A stretch of 63,511 bases of DNA, counting the filler, from Octopus bimaculoides (Eukaryota): NCBI RefSeq assembly GCF_001194135.2. It is 3 parts of 3 records of this genome, joined end to end, with 100 filler letters (N's around TTAATTAATTAA, not from the genome) between each part and the next. Parts side by side here need not be neighbours in the genome. Positions count along the whole stretch, not along the records: positions 29,350 to 55,646 come from NC_069004.1; positions 55,747 to 63,511 come from NC_068989.1; 1 more part is not named here. One strand, given 5' to 3'. This document shows, piece by piece, positions 50,653-63,511 of the stretch (positions within the stretch are counted from its first letter, which is position 1; each line of letters begins with the position of its first letter). Made by a program: the position numbers and the translations under genes. The notes under the pieces were generated by a model. That model was not told the DNA's origin. It saw nothing but the letters and a program-made list of their open reading frames with translations, and made no database searches.

Positions 50653-50783
50653 TACAGGGTGTCCACAAAGTCTGGGTACATGGAGTAAATAAAATCTAAA
50701 CATAAACAATTAAATATAAGAAATAATAACTTCTTAAAGTATGTGTTAATCCTCATGTACCCAGACTTTGTGGACACCCTGTA
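50653..50783. mobile_element. Tc1/mariner-type MITE, 127 bp, with perfect 28-bp TIRs and TA flanks
   Basis: CAGGGTGTCCACAAAGTCTGGGTACATG (50655-50682) is the exact reverse complement of 50754-50781; TA on both sides. Confidence 0.93.
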
Positions 50784-50788
50784 TATAT

Positions 50789-50844
<56 letters not shown>

Positions 50845-53320
50845 ATGTATATATACACATATATAAATATAGATAGAAAAACAGACAGACTGAAAGAAAC
50901 AGATTTGTTTATTCATTCCTTCAACATCCGTTTTTACCATGCCAGTATAAGTTTGACATAAGTCTATATACACACACACACATTTATATATATACACACA
51001 CACATATACACATATATATATACATATATATCTATCCTGTATTGTACTTTGTGAGAGCCTCTTTAACAATTGGTCCCAGTTTAGTAATTCATAATTAATT
51101 AATTGAGCAGCTATAAAGCAAAAATTAACTGCAGACTGGTGCCTGTCTGCATTTGGTCGATAGAATGGTCCTCGTCAGCATATAACGATACAAGTCTCAA
51201 CAACACATGGGTTTTACCTTAATGCTTCTGTAAAACATGCCTTTGCATGTGTACCTGTGTGTGTGTGTGTGTGTTAGCCCCCCCCCCACTATCATATCCC
51301 CATCATAAACAACAGCGGCAACCCATAAAGTTGTACCTCAGCCCCCACCTATCAACATGCGGAGGAGGAGAGAACAGAGTCATTAAAGTAACATAACGCC
51401 GATGAATACAAATGAATGAATGAACGATAATTACGCAAAAATAAACGAACAAACAAACAAACAAACAANNNNNNNNNNNNNNNNNNNNNNNNNNNNNNNN
51501 NNNNNNNNNNNNNNNNNNNNNNNNNNNNNNNNNNNNNNNNNNNNNNNNNNNNNNNNNNNNNNNNNNNNNNNNNNNNNNNNNNNNNNNNNNNNNNNNNNNN
51601 NNNNNNNNNNNNNNNNNNNNNNNNNNNNNNNNNNNNNNNNNNNNNNNNNNNNNNNNNNNNNNNNNNNNNNNNNNNNNNNNNNNNNNNNNNNNNNNNNNNN
51701 NNNNNNNNNNNNNNNNNNNNNNNNNNNNNNNNNNNNNNNNNNNNNNNNNNNNNNNNNNNNNNNNNNNNNNNNNNNNNNNNNNNNNNNNNNNNNNNNNNNN
51801 NNNNNNNNNNNNNNNNNNNNNNNNNNNNNNNNNNNNNNNNNNACACACATATACACATATATATATACATACACACACATATACACACTCATAAATACAA
51901 ATACACACACACTCACACTCACAGACATATATATAGACATATGTGTGTGTTCGTACATGTGTGTGTGTTTGTGTGTGGATTAGTTATAGTATTCATTAGA
52001 ATCTAGGTGCATCGACACATAGGACGCTAGGACTTGCAAGGTACCTCACCTTGAAGTTTACAGCAAGAAAAAGAAACGACCATTAGGGGTCATGTGTTGG
52101 TAAGGTACTGCCGGTAAGTATCTATATGTATGCATATATGTATAGATATATCTATATATGTGTGTGTGTATATATACATACATATATATATATATATCCT
52201 ATATATCGATATATATATATATATATATACACACTAGCATGGGTTGGACCACATGACAGGTTTGAGTGGGCCCAAAAGCTATATTGCGCTCCAGACATAG
52301 TTGTTAAGTTGGGCCCTTGGGTCCATCAGATCACATATATAAGATATACATGATATATTGGATTTGACACCAATAAATATATGAACGAAATCACAAGAAT
52401 TTGGATTATAATTTACTCTTTGGCAAACCAACATTACGGTGTGACTGTCGTNNNNNNNNNNNNNNNNNNNNNNNNNNNNNNNNNNNNNNNNNNNNNNNNN
52501 NNNNNNNNNNNNNNNNNNNNNNNNNNNNNNNNNNNNNNNNNNNNNNNNNNNNNNNNNNNNNNNNNNNNNNNNNNNNNNNNNNNNNNNNNNNNNNNNNNNN
52601 NNNNNNNNNNNNNNNNNNNNNNNNNNNNNNNNNNNNNNNNNNNNNNNNNNNNNNNNNNNNNNNNNNNNNNNNNNNNNNNNNNNNNNNNNNNNNNNNNNNN
52701 NNNNNNNNNNNNNNNNNNNNNNNNNTATATATATATACATATATATATTTATAATCAAAATGAGCAACACGGATATATATATATGTAAGAGACTAAAGTG
52801 TATGTACGCCGCTTTATGTATATAAAAAGGAATACAAAAAATGGGACAAGAACATGATACGTCCTTTTTTTTTCTTGTCCATGTTTTGTATCATCTAACT
52901 GTCTGGATGTTTTGCGTTCTTGTCCCATTTTTTGTATTCTTTCATATATATATATATATAATATATAATATATATATATTATACTTCCATAGAAAGATAG
53001 AATGATAGATGGATAGATAGATAAATAGAAGGGTAGATAGACAGACTGACTTATAGATAGACAGATGGGTGGATAGATATTGGTTTTATTCAGCAGGCGA
53101 TGTTTTATCTCAAAGAAATTGAGGAACATATTGGAACAATTAAATATTCATATCATCACATCACCAGGTTTAATTAAAGAAATATTGACTCTTCGACTGT
53201 ACGTATAGCCTGTTGAGTTCTTCTAGTCTAAATCAATCAACAATCAATATACATTTATGTATGTATACAATTAATATATGCGTGTGTATGTGTGTATGAA
53301 TAATAAATGTTACCTATGTG

Positions 53321-53355
<35 letters not shown>

Positions 53356-53412
53356 GATAAGAAGTTTGTCACTATAGATCTGAAGAATTTATATCATATA
53401 TATATTTATATA

Positions 53413-53448
<36 letters not shown>

Positions 53449-54616
53449 TGTATGTGTATGTAGAGAGAGAGGAATACAGAGAGACAGAGAGAAAGTTGGA
53501 CAGATTGATAGATGGATAGGCAGGTATACATATGATAATATGTATATCATATGTATATAATATGAAAATAAAGAACTTATTGTATACAGTGCTCAGGTGC
53601 ACACATATATATATGCGTGTGTGTATATATATATATTTATATATATATATGTATATATGTATATTTCTTTTTACTGAAAGAATTATTCAATACTTTTTTG
53701 TACGGTACATATTTATATTCATACGATAAGAGGGACAACTATGAGTTTAATGTTTAGCCTGCTAGTTTTTACTGGAATATATATATATATATANNNNNNN
53801 NNNNNNNNNNNNNNNNNNNNNNNNNNNNNNNNNNNNNNNNNNNNNNNNNNNNNNNNNNNNNNNNNNNNNNNNNNNNNNNNNNNNNNNNNNNNNNNNNNNN
53901 NNNNNNNNNNNNNNNNNNNNNNNNNNNNNNNNNNNNNNNNNNNNNNNNNNNNNNNNNNNNNNNNNNNNNNNNNNNNNNNNNNNNNNNNNNNNNNNNNNNN
54001 NNNNNNNNNNNNNNNNNNNNNNNNNNNNNNNNNNNNNNNNNNNNNNNNNNNNNNNNNNNNNNNNNNNNNNNNNNNNNNNNNNNNNNNNNNNNNNNNNNNN
54101 NNNNNNNNNNNNNNNNNNNNNNNNNNNNNNNNNNNNNNNNNNNNNNNNNNNNNNNNNNNNNNNNNNNNNNNNNNNNNNNNNNNNNNNNNNNNNNNNNNNN
54201 NNNNNNNNNNNNNNNNNNNNNNNNNNNNNNNNNNNNNNNNNNNNNNNNNNNNNNNNNNNNNNNNNNNNNNNNNNNNNNNNNNNNNNNNNNNNNNNNNNNN
54301 NNNNNNNNNNNNNNNNNNNNNNNNNNNNNNNNNNNNNNNNNNNNNNNNNNNNNNNNNNNNNNNNNNNNNNNNNNNNNNNNNNNNNNNNNNNNNNNNNNNN
54401 NNNNNNNNNNNNNNNNNNNNNNNNNNNNNNNNNNNNNNNNNNNNNNNNNNNNNNNNNNNNNNNNNNNNNNNNNNNNNNNNNNNNNNNNNNNNNNNNNNNN
54501 NNNNNNNNNNNNNNNNNNNNNNNNNNNNNNNNNNNNNNNNNNNNNNNNNNNNNNNNNNNATATATATATGGAAAAAAGACAAAGTAGAAAATGCTAAAAT
54601 ACTTTTATAAAGAACA

Positions 54617-54658
54617 TTACGGAACCGGTTTCGATCCTTGAGATCTTTTCAACAGTAA
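54617..54658 (-). ncRNA. Decayed type I HHR motif in a probable PLE remnant at 54560-54760
   Basis: Reverse complement TTACTG-TTGAAAA-GATC-tcaag-GATC-GAAA-CCGG-TT-CCGTAA: stems recognisable, palindromic AACCGGTT, two core substitutions. Confidence 0.55.
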
Positions 54659-55482
54659 ATATGAATAATAGATTTTTGAAAAATTATTGAAAAATTAAAT
54701 TTTGGTAAATTTAAAAGAAAAGTTTTTTTAAAGACATATTTGTATAGTATTCAAATAACAGCAGCATTTTTCTTGTTTCTGCCTCTCTCTGTTTCACTTG
54801 TTAACTCTATGTATGTATATTCATATATACATACATATATATATATATGTGTGTGTATGTTATTTGAATTAAAAAGGAGAATGTTAGCAAAACAAGGAAT
54901 CAAAATGATTTAAAGAACTAACCTGATCACAGCCTGGAGAATTGTATATATATATGCCTTGTGGTGCATGTATATATATACATATAGGTATATATATCTC
55001 TCATTTGGTGTTTATACATATATACATATATGTATACTGTTGATCCGGTTCCTTGTTATAACTGTGTCATTCTGGCGAAGTATTTTTGTTGATGTTGTTG
55101 TTATTGCTTGTGTTGTTAGTGTGTTTCGTGTTGTCCGTAGAGGTGGTCATGGTGTTGGTAATGATGGTGGGAGGCACTAGCATGTGTGTGTGTGTTTGTG
55201 TATATACAGTTATATATATATATATCTATACATGTTGTATATATATATGTATATATATATGTCTATTGTATTTGCATGTGTGTGTATATTATGTGTGTGG
55301 TTGTTGCTGTTGTTAGTTACTCTAATTGTAGGGGTCTGCTTAGCAGCTGACAACAGTCCCCCATGGTAGTGGTAGTGGTAGTGGTAGTAGTAGTAGTAGT
55401 AGTAGTGGCAGCAGCAGCAGCAGCAGTAGTAGTGGGTGGTGGTGGTGGTGGTGGTAGTAATAGTGTGGAAGGAGTGGTGGTG

Positions 55483-55529
<47 letters not shown>

Positions 55530-55646
55530 TGTGGGGGGGGGCAGTAGTAGTCGTAGTAGTGGCTGGAGAAGGGTGTAAAATGTGTTGTTTGTTTAGCCAC
55601 AGGTCGGGTCAGTCCTAATCAAGAAAATATATGATTCTCTTTTCTT

Positions 55647-55746
55647 NNNNNNNNNNNNNNNNNNNNNNNNNNNNNNNNNNNNNNNNNNNNTTAATTAATT
55701 AANNNNNNNNNNNNNNNNNNNNNNNNNNNNNNNNNNNNNNNNNNNN
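55647..55746. other. Artificial assembly spacer N44-TTAATTAATTAA-N44
   Basis: Same structure as 29250-29349. Confidence 0.95.
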
Positions 55747-55765
55747 TATATATATATATATATAT

Positions 55766-55930
55766 ACGACAGTCTTCTTTCAGTTTCTGTCTACCAAATC
55801 CACTCACAAGGCTTTGGTAGGCCCGAGGCTACAGTAGAAGACACTTGCCCAAGGTGCCACGCAGTGGGACTGAACCCAGAACCATGTGGTTGGTAAGCAA
55901 GCTACTTACCACACAGCCACTCCTGCGCCT
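55766..55930 (-). mobile_element. SINE family A, 5' half
   Basis: Near-consensus head ending cacagccactcctgcgcc. Confidence 0.9.
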
Positions 55931-56619
55931 GTAAAATATTTTTTATAACATTTTTTTTTAATAGATTATATTTTGAAGCCCTAAAAAATTTGAAAATAAG
56001 ATTTTTGTAATGTTACACACGAATATAATAATAATGAACTTATTGTATAGTGCTTAGGTGCTCTACAACTCATCAGAAAAAGTGCCAAAAGTGCATGAAC
56101 AGTACCATATATATTATTTGCTATATACTATATTTACTATATACAATATATACTATTTATATTATTTATGATATAAATAAATAAATAAATAAATAATAAC
56201 TGATCTATATAAATAATCGTTCATAATATATAGTGTGAAAAATCCCTACATGGAAAAAAAAGTGGACTAAGCTGGGTGGGGGGGGGTTCTTGAGGGGCCT
56301 TACGATATGAATAAGATACTTTGATATTCTGAAATTTTTAATCTAGGTATACCTTCAATTCTTAAATTAGAGGAATTAAAAAAAAAAACTATCCTGCCCA
56401 AATCAGGACTCAGCCATAGTGGCTGCTCAAATTTTCATAACTGTGCATTCATTAGCAACAAGGTTAGTTAATTATTTTATGTACGACAGTGTACGTTGGA
56501 TAATCTGAAATTTTTAATACAAGTATACCTGCACTTTTTAAACTATAACATTCACTGTGAAATGTAAACCAAATGTAAACATATTTCTATATTCCTTCAT
56601 GAGTAGGAAAATATTAGGA

Positions 56620-56850
56620 TTGTTCTGATTAGCTTCATTTCTACTTAGAAATTCATCAGGAAACAAGTACCTTCATTTTTCTATCTACAGAGAAATTTAC
56701 AGCTTGTAATGATTTATATCAAATGGAAACCAGGATCCAGCTTGAATGACTAGGCTCGTTTGCATAATTGTACATTCATCAGCATCGTGGTTAATTAATT
56801 TTTGCACAATGTAATTCTCTGCCAATTCACTGCCTAGTATATTATCAATA
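56620..56850 (-). mobile_element. Possible ancient Penelope-like element end: decayed ORF tail followed by a decayed HHR (56620-56666)
   Basis: Reverse complement TTGTTTC-CTGATGA-ATTTCT-aagt-AGAAAT-GAAG-CTAA-TC-AGAACAA, preceded by a frame reading FLCR*K, like the recalled LCRQK C-terminal motif of PLE GIY-YIG domains. Confidence 0.4.
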
Positions 56851-56999
56851 TTAGTTTCAAGAGTAATGGGTTTACAAGAATTATTGACCTTGAATGTATT
56901 AAGATAAAGTTTCAAAATGGTGCCTCTACAACCAAATTAATGTCCTCTGTTTACAACATAAAAACTTCAATTTAGAAAGAAAATTGTAAAAGACTACAT

Positions 57000-57205
57000 A
57001 TTTGATTGTCCCCCTTCTAGCACTCGACAACCAGTGTTGGTTTGTTAACATCTCTGTATCTTATCAGTTTGGCAAAAGAGACCATCAGAAAGCTTTCAGA
57101 CTTGAAAAAATAAGTACTGGGGTCGATTTGTTTGACCCCAGTCCTTCAAGACAGTATTCAAGCATGGCTGCAGTCCAATGACTGAAACAAGTAAAAGATA
57201 AAAGA
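57000..57205 (+). mobile_element. SINE family A, 3' half
   Basis: ttgtccccc...gacaaccagtgttgg...aataagtactggggtcgatttg...agcatggctgcagtc. Confidence 0.85.
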
Positions 57206-57734
57206 ATTCATATGAAATAAGAAAAATAATAAGCTAGATTTATATTAAGAGAATATATTTGTTGAATTAATTTCTTGTGGTAAATAACACTGACTTTATA
57301 TCAATCATCCGAAACTATTTCAGTATTGTTATATAGAATAAATTACCAATATCAACTATTGAAAAAGATATAACCAAACTAATAAATTTTAACACCACTG
57401 CCTCAATTTTAGAAATCTTAAGCAGACTGTTGCATGGGCTTAAATTTAAAAAAACACATTTTGTCCAAAATATTGGTTCTAATCTAGTGCCTGAAGTTAA
57501 ACAACATCAAGCCTAGCTAGACAGGTGACTACTGTGCTGTTAGAACCTTTCAGTTTACCTCAGGTATGGCTGGTTGCTTAACACGGTCCAATTAGCAAAC
57601 ATGTAGTTTCAGGTTTGGTCCCACTATGTAGTACCTTGGGTCTGTGTCTTGTACTATCACCACAAGCTAATCCAGTTTGTACAAAGTGAGTGAAATTTGA
57701 CTGTTAGAAACTGTATGGAAGACCATCATATATA

Positions 57735-57792
<58 letters not shown>

Positions 57793-58919
57793 CACATACA
57801 CACACACACATTCACACATACAATCTAGAACACATGCATGTGTGTATATGTCTGTCTTTACAGTGACGTCACTTAAAAAGTCAATGCTGTTTGCTTGTAT
57901 CATGTTGAACTTATCAGTTCAACAAACTGAGATAAACAGCGTAAGTACTGGGTTGAATAGGACTGGCTAAATCTTTCAAGACAGTGTCCCAGCATGGCTG
58001 CAGTCCAAATGACTGACACCAATAGAAGAATTTTTAAAAAAGAAAATGTGAATATGTATTGAAAAATATTTGAATTACCTAAATAAAATTGTTTATATTT
58101 TAGTCTATTAAAGTTCAATAAATACAGAGAGGAAGCAGAAAGAGAGAGACGGAGAGAGAGAGAAAGAAAGAGCTTGTCAAAAATAGATTTCTGGTTCGTA
58201 GTAGTTAATAATATGAATGGCTACAGTATGACTATTATTTTACAAGAAAGCTATCAGAAGATGACATGTCCTAACAGCTAATGCATTACAGTTTAAAGAA
58301 AGGAAAAATATATAAGATATATAATAGTTAATCACAGTTTCTCTCTTAACAAGATGACATTCAGAATATGAGTAAAACTTTAGTTTTTAAATGGCGCATA
58401 CATCATAAATATTACACATTCTCTCATCCATGCACAATTGCAGTTTGGAACATTTCATTAATAGTAGTGTTTTTTTTTTTCTTTCGTTTTGTTATTCCTT
58501 TGACAAAAGAGAGAAGCCCAGGTTGGGAACCTTTTATTTTGAAGATTTACACGAAATTTTAGTTAACAAATATTTTCAAATTTTAGAAAATTTAAAATAA
58601 AACGAAGAAAAAGATGCAATATATTTTTTTTAACAATTAAAAACATAACATAATTATATTTTTTATTTCATTGGTTTGAAGGAAACTTAACTTCAAGAAA
58701 ATGAGTCAATTAAAATATTATTTTTACCTGCTACATAAAATAATCAAAATTCATTAATCATCATTTTTGTCTTTTTATTTCCAAGTTAAGTTTTTAAAAA
58801 TTCTATAAAAATTTTATATATTTCAGTATAATATTATATAAGTTATTTCTATGTTTATAATATTCAGTATAATTTATAGTGAACCAAACTTTATACAGAT
58901 AGAAAATATGCATTAAAAC

Positions 58920-58969
<50 letters not shown>

Positions 58970-60030
58970 CTTTTTTTATATTTTAGTTAAAAATTATACA
59001 TCAAATAATTTTTGCCAATAATATATTCTGCAAAAACTTAAGATTTAAGGTTTTTTGTGAGTTTGTTTGTTTGTTTTTGTTTTTTCTTCTTGTTTTTTTT
59101 TGTCTTTTTGTTTTGTTTTTCCTGAGCTAAGTTACATTGCAATTTTTAGATAATAACTTTTTTAAAAAGCTATAAAAAAAGAAAATAGTATAAACAACTT
59201 ATCAAACTATATTTCATTTCTGTTACATAACTTCACTGGAATCTTATATGGTGTAAGACTAATGTAAATACATCAGAACAATGACATTTTATCTCCTTTA
59301 AAAGAGACCAGGTGTGTGTGTATGTGCGCGCACTTGTGTGTGTGTTTGTGTGTGCACACGCATATGTGCATGTGTATGTGTCTGTGTGTGTGAGACAAAG
59401 AGTGCATGGGTTTCATGTTCACATGTGAGGACATTAATGTTGCAATGTTAGCTCTAATGAAAAGCTAATCAATTTGAACAGTAAAATATATATCTAGCCA
59501 ACCAATAAAAACTAGGATTTATTTATAGTATCCACAAAATTGAAAAGAATAAGTTGTTTAGTTTGGTAAATCTGGAGATAAAAAAAGAAACTGTTCTGAA
59601 GTACAATATAAACTTGTTTTAATACCCTGAGAAACAGTGAATACAATTTGAAATGAGAAGGAAAAATAAATCAATACAGTTTAGGACTTAGTAAAACCAA
59701 TTCTTTTTTATTGTCAGGTTTGGGAATGGGATTATTTCTTGAAATGTAATAAAAGTCGTGAAAGAAAATCTTCAGTCTCTGTTATAATCTATAGAAGGGA
59801 TTAAAGGATATGTAGAGTAATAATCACCAATGGTACTTATGTCAATGATGAATGTAATTTAATTGTGTTGGCCATTGTTAAGAAGGAGCGCTTGTAAAAG
59901 ACCAGATATCAGAAACAGCTATAAAATAAATAGGAAAAGAATTTAAGATATCCCCAACATGTATGAATGTATCTTTTGTATGTATGTATGTAAGAGTGCA
60001 TGTGTACACACACACATATATGTACATATA

Positions 60031-60065
<35 letters not shown>

Positions 60066-60075
60066 NNNNNNNNNN

Positions 60076-60109
<34 letters not shown>

Positions 60110-61756
60110 TATAAATATATAGGTATATATGTGTATATATACATAGACATTCATACATATAAATACTTACATGTATATGTGTGTGTGTATATATATATAA
60201 TGGACAATTGCTAAATTCAATTCAAGAAAAGAATGTTCAAATTTCATGAAGCTTCAATTTAGAATTGATAAAGGATCATAAATTAGATTCTTTAATAAGT
60301 AACAAAAACTAGGGTAAAGATAAAGTTGGAATGAGGATATTTACAGGTTTCCAACAGGACAATGAAGGGTTTACAACATTTACTATGACAAGAGTGACAA
60401 GTGCAGCCTGGGTGGAACAAATTTCACAAGGGATTTTCTTCAAAAGAACCAGGGTTTTAGGTTTTTTTTTCTTTTTTTTTTTTTTGTCAGTATAAAATCT
60501 TTAACCAATATTTATCAGTGAAAGATATATACAGACATATAAACATATACAACAGGATTCCACGCAGTTGCATCTACAAATTTCACTCACAAGGTCAGCT
60601 TGCAACTATGGTACAAGACACATGCCCAAGGTACCACAAAGTGCAATCAAAATTGGAAGTACATGGTTGCAAAACAAACATCTCAAATGGACAGTCATGC
60701 TTGCATCAATGTTTTACCAAGAGTCTAGCAAGATAATAGCTACCAATATTACTTTGAAGTTCTTTTGCCCATGATTTTATTGTTATTGCAAAAATCCTCC
60801 ATGTTAATTTTTTACTGCAAAAAGCAGATAGATGTACTTAAAATTTCACTACTCTTAACTGCAAGAAGCAGTTTTATATAGCAATCTATCTTTTGTTGAG
60901 GAATGTCATGGTTGAAACTATTTTCTGTTGGGATATGTCACGTTTATTGAGGCTTGCAGAAAATACCAATTCCATTTTTCGATAGATATTTAACAACATT
61001 ACTAGAATAACCCATGAAACTTAATTTTGCAGTGAAATGGCTAAAGAACTGTATTTAGTACAGAATGGATTGCTTCTGAAAGAACGAAAGTAAATAAGAA
61101 ATCTAAATTAGCACATAAATATTATATCACTGTTAAGCCCAGAAGAAACCAAACGATGAGACTTTTCATAATGTGGACAAAGGAAGAAAACTCAGTGTTT
61201 TACTATTAAACTCAGCATAGGGCATACATGCGACAGCAATATCTGGCAAACTAATTTCTTAATATGACAAGAATTAGCATCTCAACTAAATTAGAAATAT
61301 ACAAAATCACAAGATGAATATAAGGTGCTAAACAAGATCTTTAGAATGAATGCAATAGAATACATTATCACTCACAAATAAAAGTATCAAAATTAATTAT
61401 ATTTTATCTATTAGTTATATACAATAGATGCTATAATTTAGAAGGTAGGTTCCTATAAGGGAAAGTCTGTAAACAAGCTATGGTATTATTTCTATATCAT
61501 CATCACCATCATCATCGTCATACATCTGTTTTCCATGTTACATGGGTTGGAGAATTTGACAAGATCCAATGAACTGCAGGGCTGTGCCAAGTTCCATTAT
61601 TATTATTTTTATTATTAATATTTATCATTATTACAATTATTATTTTTATTATTAATATTTGTTATTATTACTATTACTATTTATATTATTAATATTTATT
61701 ATTATTTTTATTATGATTACTACTACTACTACTACTATTATCATTATTATTATTAT

Positions 61757-61966
61757 TAAGGTGGCAAAAACATTAGCACACCAGGCAAAATACTTAGTGG
61801 CATTTCATCCATCTTTACGTTCTGAGTTCAAATTCTGCCAAGGTCAATTTTGCTTTTCATTCTTTGGGGTTTGATGAAACAAGTACCAGTTGAGCACAGG
61901 GGTGGATGTAATCAACTAGCCCCTCCCCCAAAATTTCAGGCCTTGTGCCTATAGTAGAAAGGATTA
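61757..61966 (+). mobile_element. SINE family C between (ATT)n arrays
   Basis: aaggtggcaaaaacattagcac...gagttcaaattc...aaaatttcaggccttgtgcctatagtagaaagg(att)n. Confidence 0.88.
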
Positions 61967-61972
61967 TTATTG

Positions 61973-62006
<34 letters not shown>

Positions 62007-63262
62007 CATCATTATTCTTATTAAATGTTATTGTAGGTTAGCAGATTGTCAGAAATGGTAGTATTGGACAAAATACTCTGCAGTTCACTGCTTTAGGTTC
62101 CAAGTTCAAATCTGGCTAAGGTCGACTTTGTCTTTCGTTCCTCCTACAATTAATAAAATAAGCACACATCAAATAAGTCAATTACTTAGGGAGCTTAATT
62201 GACTATTTTTTTCCTTCAGAGTTTGTAACAATGTTAGACTTAAAAATAAGTTCTGAGATCAATTTGTTTGATTAAACCCCGCAAAGGTGGTATCCCAGCA
62301 TCGCTGCAGTCTAATGACTGAAGCAAATGAATGATAAAATGTAAAAGAAAAACTAAGTTTAACGAGATGAAGATAACAGAGTTTGTAGAAATGAAATTAT
62401 TTGTGGTGGACTCAAATAAATATGAAGACAAAATTACCGACATTACTACATGAAACAAAAAGTCTGTTAAAGAGATGAATTCTAGTAGAGGAAAGAATTT
62501 TGGTGAACATAAGAAGAACTAACTCTTTAGATTACTAGCCAGCATAAACCCATTCTCATGAGTTAGTACAAAGACCAAACGTTTGTTGGAAGATTAAAAT
62601 GAAGGTGAAATCTATTCAGTATGTAGCTAGGGAATATATTGACAAGTTTTGTGAAATAAATTTACATAATAACAGCCTATTAATAAGGATCTTATTCCCA
62701 ATGATAATATGAGATTCAGAAGAAGAAATGGGTTTAAACTAACAGAAAGACATTCTAAACATTTGATGATTCTCAGTTTGTTCTTTTAAATTTAGGAATG
62801 GGCAAATGCAAATGAAGCAATTTTTTTTTCCAATACAAGATAAACACATTTTAATGAGCACTGATTCTTTGGGTATATTCAAGTTATTATTATTATTATT
62901 ATTATTTTCTTCTTCTCTCTTTTTAAGCAAATTGTATAAAAATGCATAACTGGTACAAAATTCCTGCAAGCAGAGACCCAAAAAGTGGTAGTATATTAAT
63001 ATTTTTAAAAAAAAGCATGAAAGAATGTTCACTTGTGGTTAGTCATTTAGGAGAAATCCCACTGTAAAAGAATAAATAATTTTCTTTGATTCCTTAAAGT
63101 GGAAAGATTTTTGTTTTAACTAACAGACCAAAAGTAGATTCTGATGACAAATAACTGTTGAATAACTATTTAGATTTAAGAAAAAAAAATTTTAATTATG
63201 AGGTTTTAATTTTTTTTCAAAATTAATTACACACACACATGCACACACACATGTACACCATG

Positions 63263-63420
63263 GCCTTTCAGTTTCTGTCAACCAAATCCATTCACGAAAC
63301 TTTGGTCCACCTAGGGCTACTGTGGAAAAACATTAGCCCAGGTGCCACTCATTGGGACTGAACCCAAAATCATATGGCTTAGAAGTGAACTTGTTAACCA
63401 TGCAGACATGCCTGCACCTA
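63263..63420 (-). mobile_element. SINE family A, decayed 5' half
   Basis: ctttcagtttctgtcaaccaaatcc...gggactgaaccc. Confidence 0.75.
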
Positions 63421-63471
63421 TAAAATGTGTGTGTGTGTGTATGTATAAGTATATATATATATGTATGTATA

Positions 63472-63511
<40 letters not shown>

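Noticed and set aside
51145-51190. Minus-strand CTGACGA-GG...CC-AAAT
   Set aside because: Lacks GAAA and a cleavage triplet; too degenerate to call.
56037-56080. Minus-strand CTGATGA as an HHR
   Set aside because: No GAAA half; the segment matches a short repeat also seen at 53575-53602.
60331-60495. Short open frames on both strands as an exon
   Set aside because: Splice signals weak and ambiguous; no recognisable product.

Overview
Repeat-saturated eukaryotic draft-assembly DNA with many N-gaps. The repeat landscape suggests an octopus (coleoid cephalopod) genome; this is an inference from recalled repeat families, not a search. No intact protein-coding gene can be supported: the listed ORFs are translations of microsatellites, N-runs or repeats. 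Supportable content: dense microsatellites; four tRNA-headed SINE families (called A-D here); 3' remnants of an RTE LINE and an R4/Dong LINE; a hAT MITE; a Tc1/mariner MITE; several minisatellites; and Penelope-like (PLE) remnants. The most interesting signal is a set of nine complete type-I hammerhead ribozyme (HHR) motifs plus one half motif, in about five sequence families. Four of them sit inside SINE D, a ~270-bp non-autonomous element with a tRNA-like Pol III head, an (AAT/AAC)n linker and an HHR. SINE D occurs at two loci, both times as a head-to-head inverted pair. At 46408-46920 the whole 513-bp palindromic dimer is bracketed by one 14-bp target-site duplication, so it inserted as a single event. 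All alignments and folds were done by eye; novelty relative to repeat databases could not be checked.
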